Source: Octopus vulgaris (Eukaryota). Taken from it: a stretch of DNA of 64,000 bases. Of the stretch, positions 52,067-64,000 are shown in pieces. Each line of letters starts with the position of its first letter. Within the stretch, counting starts at the first letter, position 1. The position numbers and the translations under genes are program-made. The notes beneath the pieces were generated by a model. That model was not told the DNA's origin, made no database searches, and was given only the letters and a program-made list of their open reading frames with translations. The stretch lies in NCBI GenBank assembly GCA_951406725.2, contig OX597826.1, positions 32,798,001-32,862,000 on the forward strand, given 5' to 3'.

Positions 52067-52207
52067 TACATTATTTACATTTGACAGATATTTGTCCCCA
52101 TCCTGTTTGTTGTTAACACGTTTTGGATGATATACCCTCCAGCCTTCATCAGGTGTCTTGGGGAAATTTTGAACCTGGGTTCTCATTCCTAAGGTTATTT
52201 TTTGATG

Positions 52208-52291
<84 letters not shown>

Positions 52292-52488
52292 TCACTGCCT
52301 GGAATCAAACTCGGAATCTTACCTGTAATCTTAACCACTATGAAATTTCCCCAAGGCTCCTAATGAAGGCCAGAGGGTATATCAACTGAAACACTGTGTT
52401 AACAACAAACAAGATGAGGATAAATATCTGTCAAATGTAAATAATGTAAATAATGTACATAATTCCTAATCTCTTAAATATAGAACTG
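52067..52488. mobile_element. HHR family A: near-complete minus copy (tRNA-like head, (AAT)n, HHR) fused to a plus-strand 3' copy
   Basis: Minus 52342 to 52067: catagtggttaag...gagtttgattcc...gacac-CTGATGA-aggctg. Plus 52342-52488: gaaatttcccc..CTAATGA..GAAA..tagaactg. Confidence 0.85.
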
Positions 52489-53454
52489 TGCCCCTCTGAG
52501 ATGTTTAAATGTCTTGTTGAGTTGAATACAGCCTAGTCACCTATATAGACTTTCATCACCCTTGTTGTCAACCTCATTATTTTAACGTCCATTTTCCCAT
52601 GCTGACATGAGTTAGATGAATTGTTCTGCTCTGAGTCAGTTTTCTTTGAATTACACATCACTGTTAGATGGATTGAAACTCAGGTCTCACTCATGAGATA
52701 CATTTTCTGACATGGTTTCTATGGTTAGATGTCCTGCCTAATCCAATCACTCTATAGCAGGTTCTTGGGGCATTTTTTATCATAGAGTCACCACTAGAAA
52801 AGTTGTCGCATTATCAGACAGGCTAAAAGGCCTCTCTACCTTTTGTAGTCTCTTCTTATTTGTTAACCACTGTACAGAATGTACTGGGCATATTTTATCA
52901 TGACACCATCATCAGAGAGGGTTTCTTATCCTTGGAAGGGCCAAAGAGTTCTCTCTTCTCTTATTCATTCACTGGCACCAAAGATATCATTTCTCTCTTC
53001 AGCAAGACTTAAGACAGATTCCTCTTCCATGGTTTGTCTCCATTCTTTCATTCCTTTCTTTCCCAGTTGACCAGATGCAAAGAGGGTTTTTCTCTCCATT
53101 AAAAAATAAAGGAGAAACAGTAGTCAAGATCTTTTACTCAGCAACAGGAAACTACAATCAGGTTTGGTTCTATGCCTAACATCTTTGTTTTGATTTTGGG
53201 ATACGTTATGGAAAACTTATATTTCAATCTTTTATTCAAGAAAAAACCAATAAAAAGGTTTCTAAGAACTTATAAATTTTAAAAATATTTTTCAGCATCT
53301 GTCTGAGAAAAAAACTATTTTGAATAGTTTTTTTTTAATATTTATATAAGCTGGCAATCTGAGTGGCTTTGCTTTGCTGATCTGATAAATTGGTAAATAA
53401 TCAGAGTACAATAGAGTACATTCAGAAGATTAAATATCAGGAAACATATAACAG

Positions 53455-53528
53455 GGATGATAATGATGATGATGATGATGGTGATGGTGATGATGGTGAT
53501 GATGATGTTGATGGTGATGATGATGACT

Positions 53529-53567
<39 letters not shown>

Positions 53568-53574
53568 TTGATGG

Positions 53575-53619
<45 letters not shown>

Positions 53620-53622
53620 CTG

Positions 53623-53666
<44 letters not shown>

Positions 53667-53681
53667 TTGATGGTGATGATG

Positions 53682-53742
<61 letters not shown>

Positions 53743-53827
53743 CGATGATGGTGATGATGATGACGATGATGGTGATGATGATGATGAGATTGTGATGATG
53801 ATGATGATGATGATGATGTTGATGGTG

Positions 53828-53888
<61 letters not shown>

Positions 53889-54240
53889 CGACGATGATGG
53901 TGATGATGATGACGATGATGGTGATGATGATGATGATGATTGTGATGGTGATGATAATGGTGATGGTGAAGATGATGATGTTGGTGATGGTGATGATGAT
54001 GTTGATGATGATGATTGTGATGATAATGGTGGTGATGATGTTGGTGATGATGATGATGATTGTGATGATGATGATGATCATGATGGTGATGATGATAGTG
54101 ATGGTGGTGATGAGGATAATGATGATGATGATGATGATGGTGAAGGTGATGATGAAGATGATGGCAATGCTGCTGCTGCTGTCGATGGTGATGATGACGA
54201 TGATGATGATGATGATAATGATGATGATGGTGATGGTGAA

Positions 54241-54274
<34 letters not shown>

Positions 54275-54275
54275 T
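53455..54275. repeat. ~820-bp degenerate (GAT)n tract
   Basis: Visible directly; explains the 312-aa and 361-aa ORFs. Confidence 0.95.
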
Positions 54276-54349
54276 ATCATTTCTCTCTTTCAGTATTATT
54301 TCAGAATACCAACATGACATGTTCATTTGATTATTTATTTATTTATTTT

Positions 54350-54416
<67 letters not shown>

Positions 54417-54583
54417 TTTTTTTTCCATCTTTGCATAAGCCACATCATCAATATTTATCATCATTCAAAGACTAAAGAAAGATATTATACCGAACTGACA
54501 CAATCCTGTTTATATAAATCTATGAAAGAATTACAGTGAAATATTAGTAATATTTCGCTGCTTCTCTGTCTGGGATGTTCTTT

Positions 54584-54981
54584 TAGTCTTACTTGTTTTA
54601 GCCATTTGACTGTGGTCATGCTGGAGCACTATCTTTAGTCAAAGAAATCAACCCCAGGACTTATTCTTTGTAAGCCTAGCACTTATTCTATTGGTATCTT
54701 TTGCTGAACCGCTAAGTTTCAGGGCTTAAACATACTAAAATCAGTTGTCAAGCGATGGCGGAACAACAAACCCAGACACGCACAAATACATAAATATATA
54801 TTTGTATATATATGTATACAATGGGCTTCTTTCAGTTTCCATCTCCCAAATCTATTCACAAGGATTTGGTTGGCCTGAGGCTATAGTAGAAGACACTTTC
54901 CCAAGGTGCTACTCAGTGGGACTGAACCTGGAACCATGTGGTAGGGAAGCAAGCATCTTACCACACAGCCACACCTGTGCC
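54584..54981 (-). mobile_element. SINE family 1, full length
   Basis: Reverse complement of the reference copy. Confidence 0.85.
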
Positions 54982-55249
54982 TCAAGATGGTTTCACATTC
55001 CGATTCATTTTCAACATATTCACTAAGATCACACTTGATGGATGTATAATATATTTTATCTTTTGTCTTTTACTTGTTGCAGTCATTAGACTGTGGCCAT
55101 GCTGGGGCATCACCCTGAAGAATTTTAGTCAAAGAAATTAACATCAGGGCTAATTTGGTTAAAGTCTGGTATTTATCCAACTGGTCTCAGTTGTCAAACG
55201 CAGTCGAAGACACACTATTGCAGTCATCCATACATACAGGCATGTCCTT

Positions 55250-55480
55250 TGCAGGTGCTGGTGCCATGAAAAATGCACATGTGCAGGAGCTGTGTAAATG
55301 CACCCATGCTGGTGCCATATAAAATGCACCCAGCACACTCTGTAAAGTGGTTGGCCAGCTGTAGAAACCATTCCACAACAGACAATTGGAGTTTGGACAG
55401 CTCTCTGATGGGTCAGCTCCTGTCAAACCGTCCAACCCATGCCAGCACGGAAAACAGACTTTACATGATGATGATGATGA
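55250..55480 (+). mobile_element. RTE 3' tail relic
   Basis: gtgccatataaaatgcacc...aaaccgtccaacccatgccagcacggaaaacagac followed by (GAT)n. Confidence 0.75.
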
Positions 55481-56196
55481 TGACGGCGATGAAGATGGTG
55501 ATGATAATGATGCTGATGATGATGATATGCTCATATACAATGGTAATCCTTCAGTTTGAGTCTACCAAATCCATTCACATGGTTTTGGTTGGCCCTGGGC
55601 TAAAGTAGAAGATACTTGCCCAAAATGCCACTCAGTAGGACTGAACCCAGAACCATGTTGCTGGGGAACAAACTTCTTACCACACAGCCATGCTTGTGCC
55701 TTTATGGCAAAAAAAAAAAGATCAAATACTTATTGGGAATAAATATAAAAACAAAAAGAAAATAAAAATATAAAGAACAAAAATGATCTCTTTGGTAAGT
55801 AGCACCATTAACCAAAAAACTTCACCATCTGGCACCATGAAGACATTGTTACAAAGCTGACATCAAGGAAATTTGAGCTTGGAATGCTAAAAGCCAGAAC
55901 TAATAATATTGATTTTAAATTCTGGCACAAATCTTGTAATTTCAGGAGAGGAGGTAAGTTGATTACATCGACCCCAGAGCCCAACCGATACTTCTTTTTA
56001 AAGACCTTAAAAGCTTGAAAGATGATGTCAGCCTTGCTGATACAGAATGTAGAGAGAGATAAAGTGTCACTGAGCCTTTTACCCAGTGTGGTAAAGGTTT
56101 TGTAAACCTTGTTTTGGTTTACACAAGGCCAGCATTTTTGAAGCGAGGAAGTTAGCAAATTCCATAGATTCCAGTACTTGACTGATCCCATTTCTT

Positions 56197-56601
56197 TCTT
56201 TTATTCTTTTACATGTTTCAGTCATTTGATGGCTGCCATGCTGGAGCAGCGCCTTTAGTTGAACAAAATCGACTCCAGGACTTATTCTTTATAAGTAAGC
56301 CTAGTACTTATTCTATCGATCCCTTTTGCTCAACCGCTAAGTTTCGGTTATGTAAACACACCAACATTGGTTGTCAAGAGATAGCAGGGGAGGTGGTGTG
56401 GGGGCAAACACAGACACATGCACATAAACATATACATATATATACAGCAAGCTTCTTTCAATTTCCGTCTGCCAAATCCACTCACAAGGCTTTTGTCAGC
56501 CCGAGGCTATAGTAGAAGACACTTGCTCATGATTCCACACAGTGGGACTGAACCCGGAACCATGTAGTTGGGAAGCAAGCTTCTTACCACAAAGCCACAG
56601 C
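56197..56601 (-). mobile_element. SINE family 1, full length
   Basis: Reverse complement of the reference copy. Confidence 0.85.
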
Positions 56602-56764
56602 TGAACCTTCCTTAATTTAAAAAAAAAATTTTATCGACCCTGGTTGAATGAAAGGTAACATTCACCAGACTTGAACTCAGAATGTAAAATGCCAGAACAA
56701 ATGGTTCTAATGGTTCTGTCAACTCAGTGCCTTAAAGAAACTCCCACCATAATCATCATCATTA

Positions 56765-56986
56765 AAGTGGTGAGCTGGCAGAAATATTTGCACACTGGGC
56801 AAAACGCTTAGTGGAATTTCGTCTGTCTCTTTGTTCTGTGTTCAAATCCCACTGAAGTTGACTTTGCCTTTCCTCCTTTTCGGGTGAAAGATATAAGTAC
56901 CAGTGAAACACTGGGGTCGATCTCATCACCTAACACAGTGACTCAACATTTCAGGCCTTGTACCTATAGTGTAAAAGATGATTATT

Positions 56987-57022
<36 letters not shown>

Positions 57023-57106
57023 CTTCTTCTTCTTCTTCTTCTTCTTCTTCTTCTTCTTCTTCTTCTTCTTCTTCTTCTTCTTCTTCTTCTTCTTCTTCTT
57101 CTTCTT

Positions 57107-57171
<65 letters not shown>

Positions 57172-57380
57172 TATTATTATTATTATTACTAAGCCAATGA
57201 GTTGGTAGAATCGTTAGCATGCCAGGCAAAATGCTTAGCGGCATTTTGTCTGCTGCTACATTCTGAGTTCAAATTCAGCTGAGGTCAACTTTGCCTTTCA
57301 TCCTTTTGGGGGTCGATAAATTAAGTACCAGTGAAACACTAGGGTCGATGTGATCGACTGGTCCCCTCTCCACCAAAAGG
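56765..57380 (+). mobile_element. Two SINE family 2 copies separated by an (ATT)(GTT)(CTT)(ATT) compound repeat
   Basis: Heads at about 56765 and 57193; repeat at 56981-57190. Confidence 0.85.
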
Positions 57381-57384
57381 ATTA

Positions 57385-57417
<33 letters not shown>

Positions 57418-57451
57418 TCATCATTATTGTTATTATTATTATTAGTATTAC

Positions 57452-57496
<45 letters not shown>

Positions 57497-58440
57497 CACT
57501 GCTACTACTATAACAGCAACAACCAAGAGATTTTAAAAGGATTTTTTTTTAAATATAAAGATGAAAACACAAAAAACACCCACAAAGCATCATATGGAAA
57601 AGTGAAATAAAAACAAAAAAAAATGAAAAATAAACTAAAAATGACAAAACTTGAAATTAAGTGATTCAGTCAGAAAGAAGGCTAAAAATATATTTTTGTA
57701 GCATAAGAAATTTCTTTCTTTGAATTCACTACAATTATCTAATTAATTCTTATTGTTCTGTTGAAATCAATATGGAAATTATTAATAATACAAGCTAACG
57801 TGTCTATGCACTCAGATTCGAAAACTTGGACCTAAATCTTTCTTTTGATTTTCCCACTCTTTCGTTATATTGTATTCTGTGAATAAGTTCTCTTTTCTGA
57901 TAAATTTACTGAAATGAAATGACTGTGGTATTTTTCTATGGTGTCACTTTTCTTGAAGAATTGGTAAATGGATGGTTATAAGACAAATCACGGAATAATG
58001 GAACTGTTTCTTAAATGGTACTTCTATCTTGATAAAACTGTTCATGGCATTTTATTGTGTGTATTAATGAACTGATGAATGGGAGGAGGCGATGATCTTC
58101 TACAAGGCTTGCTTCAGTTGAACTGCTAGAAAGAATAGCGGAATCTCACTCAAGTTAAAGAAAAGGCCACTGCTTGAAATATTATGAAGATGGTCACAGT
58201 TGGAATGTCTTAGGTTTCTTCATTCATAGCTCACCTAGTCTTCAAAAGTAACAACAATGACGAGTGAATGCAACAGGGGTAATAGCAACAGTAAGAACCA
58301 CAGCAGTAGGGACTGCAGCAGCAGGAACCACTGCAGCAGCAGGAACCACAGCAACAGCAGCAGCAGCACTAGTAGCTGCAGCAGTAGTAGTAGTTGTAGC
58401 AGCAGCAGCTATTATGCATTAACACTACTGGAGGATCAGT

Positions 58441-58602
58441 AAATTACGATTTTATCCAACGTATTCCCCTTTCAGATTCACACACTTATTGCAGCGATCC
58501 TTCAGTTTTTCTATGCCCTGTAAATGAACTCAGAAGATTAGGCCTCCAAACAGGCTTTTCATGATACTCTTAAAGCCAGGAACTTTTCAACAGCCCCTCA
58601 TA
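58441..58602 (-). mobile_element. Mariner MITE (partial)
   Basis: Reverse-complement match to 30969-31185. Confidence 0.8.
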
Positions 58603-58610
58603 CATATATA

Positions 58611-58921
58611 TTATTTATGTAGTATTAAGCAAGTTTAACCATATATTAACCAAATTTGATTGAAATTGATGGGTGAGCATTTGGCCAATCAGATTCACAG
58701 GAAGCCATATAAGCATCGATTTGTGAGTTCGATTCAGCCTGAGGTTCGTTCATCATTTTTCAGTCATTTGTTTATATTTAAAAATATTGTCACTCCAAAT
58801 CGTAGAATAAACATCATTATGATATATATTATAGTTATTATACTATGAGTCTTCCATGGTAGTTTTCTCTCAGTAACTTGCAAAGCCTTTATGGTTTCTT
58901 AATAAAGATGTTATTTATGTA

Positions 58922-58925
<4 letters not shown>
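58611..58925 (+). other. 300-bp unit bounded by a 15-bp direct repeat, with CCAAT, TATA and AATAAA motifs (LTR-like relic?)
   Basis: ttatttatgtagtat at 58611 and 58911; ccaat at 58685; tataa at 58708; aataaa at 58901. Confidence 0.4.
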
Positions 58926-58966
<41 letters not shown>

Positions 58967-59149
58967 TATATATAAATGGAGCGGAAACACAATGGAGGAA
59001 AATAAAAACATTTGGACAGTTAGATGAAACAAAGGTGGACAAGAGAACCAACAATTAGAAGGAAAGGCAAAAAAGTCGGGTCATTCGTGGTCTTCTTTCC
59101 TTGGTCAAGTCCCAAATGTCATGACTATTTTGGGCAGTTACACTATACA

Positions 59150-59362
59150 TACGAGGAAGTGCTTAAAAGTTCCTGGCTCTGGGTAAAAGAAAATAGAGGA
59201 GGATCAGTTAATTATGATTTTATTTAGCATATTCCTCTCTCAGATTCACACACTTATTGCAGCAGTCCTTCAGTTTTTCTAAGCCCTGTAAAAGAACTTG
59301 TAAGGTTGGGCTTCCAGCCAGGCCCTTCAGGATACCCTTAAAACCAGGAACACCCATTCATA
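59150..59362 (-). mobile_element. Mariner MITE
   Basis: tacgaggaagtgcttaaaagttcctgg TIR; reverse-complement match to 30969-31185. Confidence 0.8.
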
Positions 59363-60396
59363 GACATGTAACAAACCCTGCGACATATTTTGTTCATTCC
59401 TTTAACAATCTTACATATATATGTCTTATATATGTTTGTGTGTGTGTGTGTGCCTGTGTGTGTATATTAAACCACACATATATACATATAATATTACAAT
59501 CTCAAAGAATCGGTACATTGAGCAAAAGTATGATGTATTTTAATCTGCTTCTAAGATCAATAACATAACTACCCAGCAAAGTATTATGGGTCTGACGTAA
59601 TTAACTGAAAGCTTTGAAGGCAGTGCTCCAGCATGGTTGCAGTCCAATTAATTAAATCTGCAAAAGAACAAAGTAATTTTAATGTCTGTTTTTTTCCTTT
59701 TCTTTTTGTTTCTGTAAAGGAATTAGGAAGAATTAAACTGGATTTTGGACATACATCACAAGAACCTCATGTTGCTTGGACAGGAGCTAATTTTGTATCA
59801 GAACTGTCAGTATTCTCCCTCTCTCCCTCCGTCTCCCCTCACCCTCACACTCTCTCTCTCTCCACCTCCCCTCTCACCCCACTGCCTTGCATTTTTTCTC
59901 CATCTCTCTCCCCCGTCTCTCTCCCTGTCTCTCGCCCACTCTCTCTCTCTCCAGCTTCCTCATTGTGCGTGCGTGTGTGTGTGTCTTGCTCTCTCTCTCT
60001 CTCTCTCATTCGATCTCACTGTCTTCTTCTTTCTCTCTCTCCCTCTCTCTCTCTTTTCCCTTACATTTATGTGTGTTGCTGGACACATTGAAATAACTTA
60101 TACAAATACCTATTATTGACTACATCAGAAATGGAAAGATATATGTATGTGTATGTGCATGTATGTTTGCATATATATATATATGTGCGTGTGTGTATAT
60201 ATATATATATATATATACACATAAACACACACATGCACACATTTACTCAGAGGGATAAATGCACTTGTCTGTGTCTAAATGACTCTCTCTTCTCTCTATA
60301 TCTTTCTATGTCTGTCTGTTTGTCCCACCCACCATGTACTTCCCACTCTATGTCAGTCTAACAGTCGGTCTATCTCTGTCTCTCCCTCTCTCTCTG

Positions 60397-60436
<40 letters not shown>

Positions 60437-60483
60437 CACACACACATATATATACACATTTACATACATTTATACACACATAC

Positions 60484-60521
<38 letters not shown>

Positions 60522-61268
60522 CACTTACATACATTTATATACAAATGCACACACACACATATACATATACACACATTTACATACATTTATATACACATGC
60601 CCACACATATATACATACACATATACACATACACATTTACATACACATGCATACACACATATATATACATACATACACATTTACATACATTTATATACAG
60701 ACATATAAATATACAACATGTGAGTGTGTGTGCATGTCTGTGTATGCATGTGCATGTGCTAGTGTGCATATGCAAAGAGTTAAGTTCATACTTACCAAAA
60801 CGAAGCGGATAATAGAGGAAAAGTTTGATAAATTGCTGAATGGATAAAAATATAAACACAGAACTGCAAACGTATACAGACATTTCCTATATGGCTTTCT
60901 GCAGACATGTGCTTAGGTTCACATATACATCAATATATACACACCTGTGATTTAGTTACATATGGACGCATCTACACAGCACACACACACACATGTATGC
61001 ATCAGTATACATTGTATGTGTGTGAGTATATATGTATATATGTGTGTGTGTGTATATAAATATATATATGTATATCTATATGTGTGTCTATGTATGTACA
61101 TATATATATATATATGAATATATATACATATGTAGACATATATATATATATATACACCACATTTATAAATATATATATATGTGTGTGCATATGCATGTGT
61201 ATATATATATATATATATATCTGTCTATCTATATATAAATAAATATATAAACAGATAGCTAGGTAGAA

Positions 61269-61299
<31 letters not shown>

Positions 61300-61440
61300 G
61301 ATACGTACATATATACAAACATATATACACATATACTAATGAATATATATAATATATAACACACACACACATATATTATATAGGTATGCATATTTGTACA
61401 TACACATTTATTTATCTCAATATATATAGGTATATATATG

Positions 61441-61494
<54 letters not shown>

Positions 61495-62592
61495 CATGCA
61501 CACACACTCAACTATACCATTGAATCTATAAGCTGTTCTGTATGTGATATATTCAAATATCAATATTTATATCTGTTATTTTCAATTGTTTCTCGCTCTG
61601 CCAACCTAATTGTTGTGCTACACAAGTCAGACAATATCACAGCACCAATCCCCCCACCACCCCAACCAACACCTACACCTATCGATCATGGCACAACTCC
61701 ACCACCACCACCACCACGTCCTCCACCACCACCATCATCACCACTGATTGTACCATTGCTTATGCCATTCTACTCCTTTCTCCCCCACCACCATCACAGC
61801 ATCGGCAGCACCCCTCCCAACCATCTTCTAGAAAAACACCATCGACCGTGACTCTGCTCCTCCGCCACCAACACCCCATCGACCAAGCTGCGTTCCTGTT
61901 CCTCCCCCAACACTTGCACCCTCAACCATGTCTTTACCATCCACCTCTAAAACATTATTGATCATGACCCTGTTTCCCCACTACTGCCACCCCACCACCA
62001 CCACCACCACCACCACCATACCATTTAAATATCCTTCCCTGCCCACCACTAAAACGCCTAGTTTTCCACCCTCCACCGCCAACCACATAGAATTTAGTAT
62101 GTCCCCTGCCACTTCCCCTTCCAAACTATTATCAGCCATGATCCGCTTCCAGCAGCCTCACACTATCAATAATTCCACCATGACCACCACCACGGCCACT
62201 ATCACCACCACTATCACCGCCATCACCACCACTACTGCCATCACCAGGAGACTAATTAAAATATCCTTCCCTGCCCAGCGCTAAAATACAACCAACCGCC
62301 ACCAGCACCACCAGTACCATCACCATCATCATCAACATGCTATCAGCTACCCCTCAGCCCTACTAACACATCACCCTCCCTATGACCCTTCTGCTCTATC
62401 AGTAAACCCCATCTCTATACAAGATACCCTTATTCCAAAATCTACCACAAAGTCACACCCAATAGTGTAATGTGGACCTTGATTTAGTCAAATCAGAATT
62501 AGTGACGGTCATGGTTGGAGCACCTTTGATCATAGATCTGTTTAACCAGGGCTGGAATAACCATTACACAGGAATAACCATTACCCTCCCGC

Positions 62593-62684
62593 ATGGCACC
62601 TTGGGTGTCTTCTACTACAGCCTCAGGCCAACCAAAGCTTTGTGAGTGGATTTGGTAGACGGAAACTGAAAGAAACCCATCATG

Positions 62685-62734
<50 letters not shown>

Positions 62735-62950
62735 TATTTGTGTGTGTGTCTGTGTTTGTCCCTGCCACCATTCCTTGACAACTTGGTGTGTTTACATCCC
62801 CGTAACTTAGCAGTTTAGCAAAAAGAGACAGATAGAATTAGTACTAGGCTTACAAAGAATAAGTCCTGGGGTCAATTTCTTTGACTAAAGGTGGTGCTCC
62901 AGCATGGCCACAGTCAAATGACTGAAACAAATAAAAGAGTAAAAGGGTAA
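62593..62950 (+). mobile_element. SINE family 1, head truncated
   Basis: Matches the reference copy from the CORE-like block onward. Confidence 0.85.
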
Positions 62951-63036
62951 GAAAGAGTAAATGGCATCAAGCAAAACCCTTCTCCTCAAAATTGCTGGCC
63001 TTGTGCTTATTATTGTTGTTGTCCTTTTTGTTATTA

Positions 63037-63590
63037 AGGTGGTGAGCTGGCAGAATCGTTAGCATGCTGGGCAAAATATTTAGCAGAATTTCGACCATTG
63101 CTCTGTTCTGAGTTCAATTTCCACTGAGGTTGACTTTGCCTTTCATCCTTTCAGGGTCGATAAATAAAGTACCAGCTGTATACTGGGTTGATTGAATCAA
63201 CTTTCTCCTCACCTGAACTTAGTGGCCTTGTGCCAAAATTCGAAATCATGATTATTATTATTATTTTTATTATCATTATTATTGTTACACTGACAGATTC
63301 ATTAGCACACTGGACATTCTGAGTTGAAACACTGCCAAGGTCATTTTTGCCCTTCATCCTTCCAGGAATCATAAATTAAACACCTGTCAAGTAACTGGGT
63401 CAATGTAATCAATCTGCCCCACCTCTCAAAACATTGCTGGCCTTGTGCTAATATTAGAAAGAATAATTGTTGATCAATTTTACTTCTCATCATTTCAATG
63501 TCGACAAAATAAATACCAGCTGTATACTAGGGTCAATAAAATTGACTAGCATCTTTCCTCCAAATATCAGGCCTTGTGCCTATATAAATG
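63037..63590 (+). mobile_element. Cluster of three SINE family 2 copies
   Basis: Repeated taaa.taccagctgtatact.gg...ggccttgtgc blocks. Confidence 0.8.
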
Positions 63591-64000
63591 GCAATATTTA
63601 TCAATATTAATAATCTTTGTTTGTTATGAAATGAAATGATATCACACTGCAAGAAGTTTTGGATTATTAACAAGTTTTTTCTGGATAAAACATTCTTTTT
63701 GTTTGGTTTATATTACAAACAGAATATGTTGGTTGTTTGGATGTTTGAGCATTTAGCTTCCATACTGAGGTGAGAGGGGGTGTTGTTTTAAACACCACTT
63801 TTATTCTTTTTAACAATTCTCTTTGGTTTACATTAATTTTTTTAATATGGCTTCTTCTACCAGAGAAGTCAGAGTTAGTGAGAAGAAAGGGAGTAGCACT
63901 GAATTTACTGTTTCGAAATAATACAGTTATTAAAGCTGGAATATTCTAAGATAAATTTTTTTAGAATAGGCAAAATTAAGAGAAAATAAAGAAGAAAATG

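Noticed and set aside
53067-53161. Possible plus-strand exon (DQMQRGFFSPLKNKGETVVKIFYSATGNYNQ)
   Set aside because: Weak donor (gtttgg), no partner exons and no recognisable homology.
53342-54475. Longest ORFs (312 and 361 aa, poly-H/I/D/M) and similar ORFs at 10128, 21414, 36132 and 37282
   Set aside because: They are translations of trinucleotide microsatellites open in several frames, with no complex sequence.

Overview
AT-rich, microsatellite-saturated eukaryotic DNA. The SINE/RTE repertoire and the (AT)n/(GAT)n/(ATT)n load look like an octopus (coleoid cephalopod) genome; this is an inference from pattern, not a database match. I find no convincing host protein-coding gene, and nearly all listed ORFs are translations of simple repeats. 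The window is a graveyard of mobile DNA: three tRNA-headed SINE families, RTE, CR1-like and L1/Tx1-like LINE fragments, mariner/maT, pogo and hAT relics, and MITEs. The most striking unannotated signal is about 15 minimal type-I hammerhead-ribozyme (HHR) motifs from roughly nine short elements with dissimilar flanks. They have palindromic helix III and compensatory variants of the 3-8 core pair (C-G, U-A, G-C). One pair forms a ~275-bp tandem dimer resembling a retrozyme. One family appears to join a tRNA-like Pol III head to an HHR and inserts with fold-back ends, like Penelope-like elements. Most copies carry inactivating mutations, so activity is untested. Coordinates of degenerate elements are approximate.
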